Of a stretch of 30,170 nucleotides of DNA, positions 28,465 through 30,170 are shown piece after piece. Within the stretch, counting starts at the first letter, position 1. The number at the start of each line of letters is the position of its first letter. Under the pieces are notes generated by a model that was not told where the DNA came from, did not search any database, and saw only the letters and a program-made list of their open reading frames with translations. The position numbers and the translations under genes were made by a program. The DNA comes from a virus (taxonomy: Duplodnaviria > Heunggongvirae > Uroviricota > Caudoviricetes), in the IMG/VR virus record IMGVR_UViG_2541047794_000005, positions 1-30,170 of that record; one strand, written 5' to 3'.

Positions 28465-29493
28465 ATGGATTTTATAAAAAAACTCGAATTTGGAAATTAT
28501 ACTCTCCGTTTTGGTGATGATGTTTTGCTAGACTATTATGATGAAATTGTTTTCCCCTCTTTTTTGGAGATGGCAAACATCCGCAGAATATCTGACAAAT
28601 CAGAGTTCTTTTTCATTGATACTGAATGCGTCATACTTGACGAAGAAGCAACACCCCCAGTACTCGGAATTAAAGGTCGGATTATTAAGAATACATTATT
28701 AACCAGAGAACAAGTATTTGATGGTGCTGATTTGGTTGAAGATCATCAAGAGCTTGAAACAGCCCCGAGCTCTTTCTTTCTTCTAATATTAAACACTCAC
28801 AGATTAATTCTTTGCAAGGAAGTTAGTGGTGCTCCCACAATTCAAAACTTTCAGTCAACAAGTCAGTGTTTCTTAAACATAGAATATGAAAAATACATAT
28901 CTCATTTATACGAAACCGCACAAGAAGAACGCAAAGAAAACCCTGACTTACCTCGAGTCACTAAAAAAAGCTTACGGAACGAAATCAAACGCCCGAAGCT
29001 AAGAATAACGCCGTTAACTGACAAACAAAGCCTAGAGCAATTTATTGATAATTTTAATAAAATCCAAAATGTCTCAGTAAAACTTCTCCCTACAAATCAA
29101 GAAGAAATTGATAACGACGAATTTTGGGAGTCACTTGAAAGTGCCGGAGACGAAATGGGAAGTATTTCTACATCTATTCGCTTTTCAAACACCGATTCAG
29201 GCTTGAATCATGGTGCTGTTTTAGAACAACTCACATCAGCAACCAGATTGGCTAATTCAGGAATAAATATTAAAGGATATGATGACAATGGTGATATAAT
29301 CAAAGGTAGCAATGATGACTTTGTTTTGTTAAGTGAGATGAATGAATTATCAAAGGATACGGTAGTAGCTGCAAATGAAAGTTATGAGCGGTATGAAAAT
29401 CTTGTAGAAGAAGGTAAGATATCTCTACCCCGTTCTCTTTCACAAAAGACGATTAGAATTATTAGCAATATATATGAAAGGTTTGGTCGATGA
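28465..29493 (+). CDS. Hypothetical soluble protein (342 aa), AT-rich, immediately downstream of the repressor
   Basis: RBS GAGG 8 nt upstream of ATG 28465, which is 15 bp after the repressor stop. No family recognised. Confidence 0.7.
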   Translation: MDFIKKLEFGNYTLRFGDDVLLDYYDEIVFPSFLEMANIRRISDKSEFFFIDTECVILDEEATPPVLGIKGRIIKNTLLTREQVFDGADLVEDHQELETAPSSFFLLILNTHRLILCKEVSGAPTIQNFQSTSQCFLNIEYEKYISHLYETAQEERKENPDLPRVTKKSLRNEIKRPKLRITPLTDKQSLEQFIDNFNKIQNVSVKLLPTNQEEIDNDEFWESLESAGDEMGSISTSIRFSNTDSGLNHGAVLEQLTSATRLANSGINIKGYDDNGDIIKGSNDDFVLLSEMNELSKDTVVAANESYERYENLVEEGKISLPRSLSQKTIRIISNIYERFGR

Positions 29494-30170
29494 TAAATAA
29501 AATAGATGCTAAAGAAATAACCAAAGAGAAAAACCTTTGGGATGTTTACTTGCTCTGCAAACGGATTACTATTAGTACATTCCATATTTGCATTTTGCTC
29601 ACAGCATCTATTTTTTTATTAACAAACTCTTTTTTTATTGAGAAGGATATGTCTCATTTAGTATCTGACATTAGAAACTGGGCTTTGATTGGTTTTAACT
29701 TTGCAGTGACAACCTTAGGTTTTCTCATTGCTGGTTTCACAATATTTGCAACACTATCCAAACCCGAGATGTTTCTTCAGATGATGTCAATACAACATAA
29801 AAAAACACAGATGCCCACGTTAAAATATAACTTTATGGCATTTATGAAAGTTTTCATCTCATTTATTACGTTTACTTTCATTTATCTAATAATAATTCTC
29901 TTTTGTCAAAAAGATGGAATAATTGGCAATATAATTGATTTATTTCCATATTCAAAATCGATAAAAGAATTAATTATTAAATTTGGATACTGTGTTATAG
30001 GGACTAGCCTTATTTACTTAGTGTTAGTAGTAAAGACATTTATTTTTAATATCTACGCTATCATAATGAATAATATTCGTTGGGAGTTATACATTAAAAG
30101 AAAAGAACAAAGACTTTCCAGTAACAAAGAGACAATCAATAAAAACATAGATGTAACTAAAATGCATTAA
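29490..30170 (+). CDS. Hypothetical polytopic membrane protein (226 aa, about 4 transmembrane helices), AT-rich
   Basis: ATGA overlap with the upstream gene. Four long hydrophobic segments. Stop TAA is the last codon of the window. Confidence 0.7.
   Translation: MINKIDAKEITKEKNLWDVYLLCKRITISTFHICILLTASIFLLTNSFFIEKDMSHLVSDIRNWALIGFNFAVTTLGFLIAGFTIFATLSKPEMFLQMMSIQHKKTQMPTLKYNFMAFMKVFISFITFTFIYLIIILFCQKDGIIGNIIDLFPYSKSIKELIIKFGYCVIGTSLIYLVLVVKTFIFNIYAIIMNNIRWELYIKRKEQRLSSNKETINKNIDVTKMH

Overview
The window is the central part of a P2/186-family (Peduovirus-like) prophage from an enterobacterium, reverse-complemented relative to the usual phage map. The conserved core is complete and syntenic: tail genes T (partial), E/E+E', FII, FI, a serine DNA invertase with an invertible segment, tail fibre H, baseplate I-J-W-V, S, R, the lysis cassette, head genes L-M-N-O, divergent P-Q, a candidate cos, replication gene A, and a 186-type immunity region (CII-like, Apl/Cox-like, CI-like repressor). 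Three visibly AT-rich accessory insertions stand out against this backbone. (1) Between A and cos, where P2 carries tin/old: a translationally coupled operon of a DEDDh exonuclease, a HipA-core kinase, and a HipA-N-domain/HIRAN-like protein. (2) Between cos and Q: a 199-aa protein plus a 59-aa protein with its own terminator. (3) Downstream of the CI repressor: a 342-aa soluble protein plus a 226-aa four-helix membrane protein, an arrangement that parallels lambda rexAB. Two anomalies suggest the prophage may be defective: the invertible segment (~1.9 kb) has no intact ORF and H stops 8 codons after the crossover site, and a perfect 26-bp tandem duplication sits at the 3' end of A. All calls come from reading the sequence and the supplied ORF translations; no database search or computation was run, and family assignments rest on recalled motifs.
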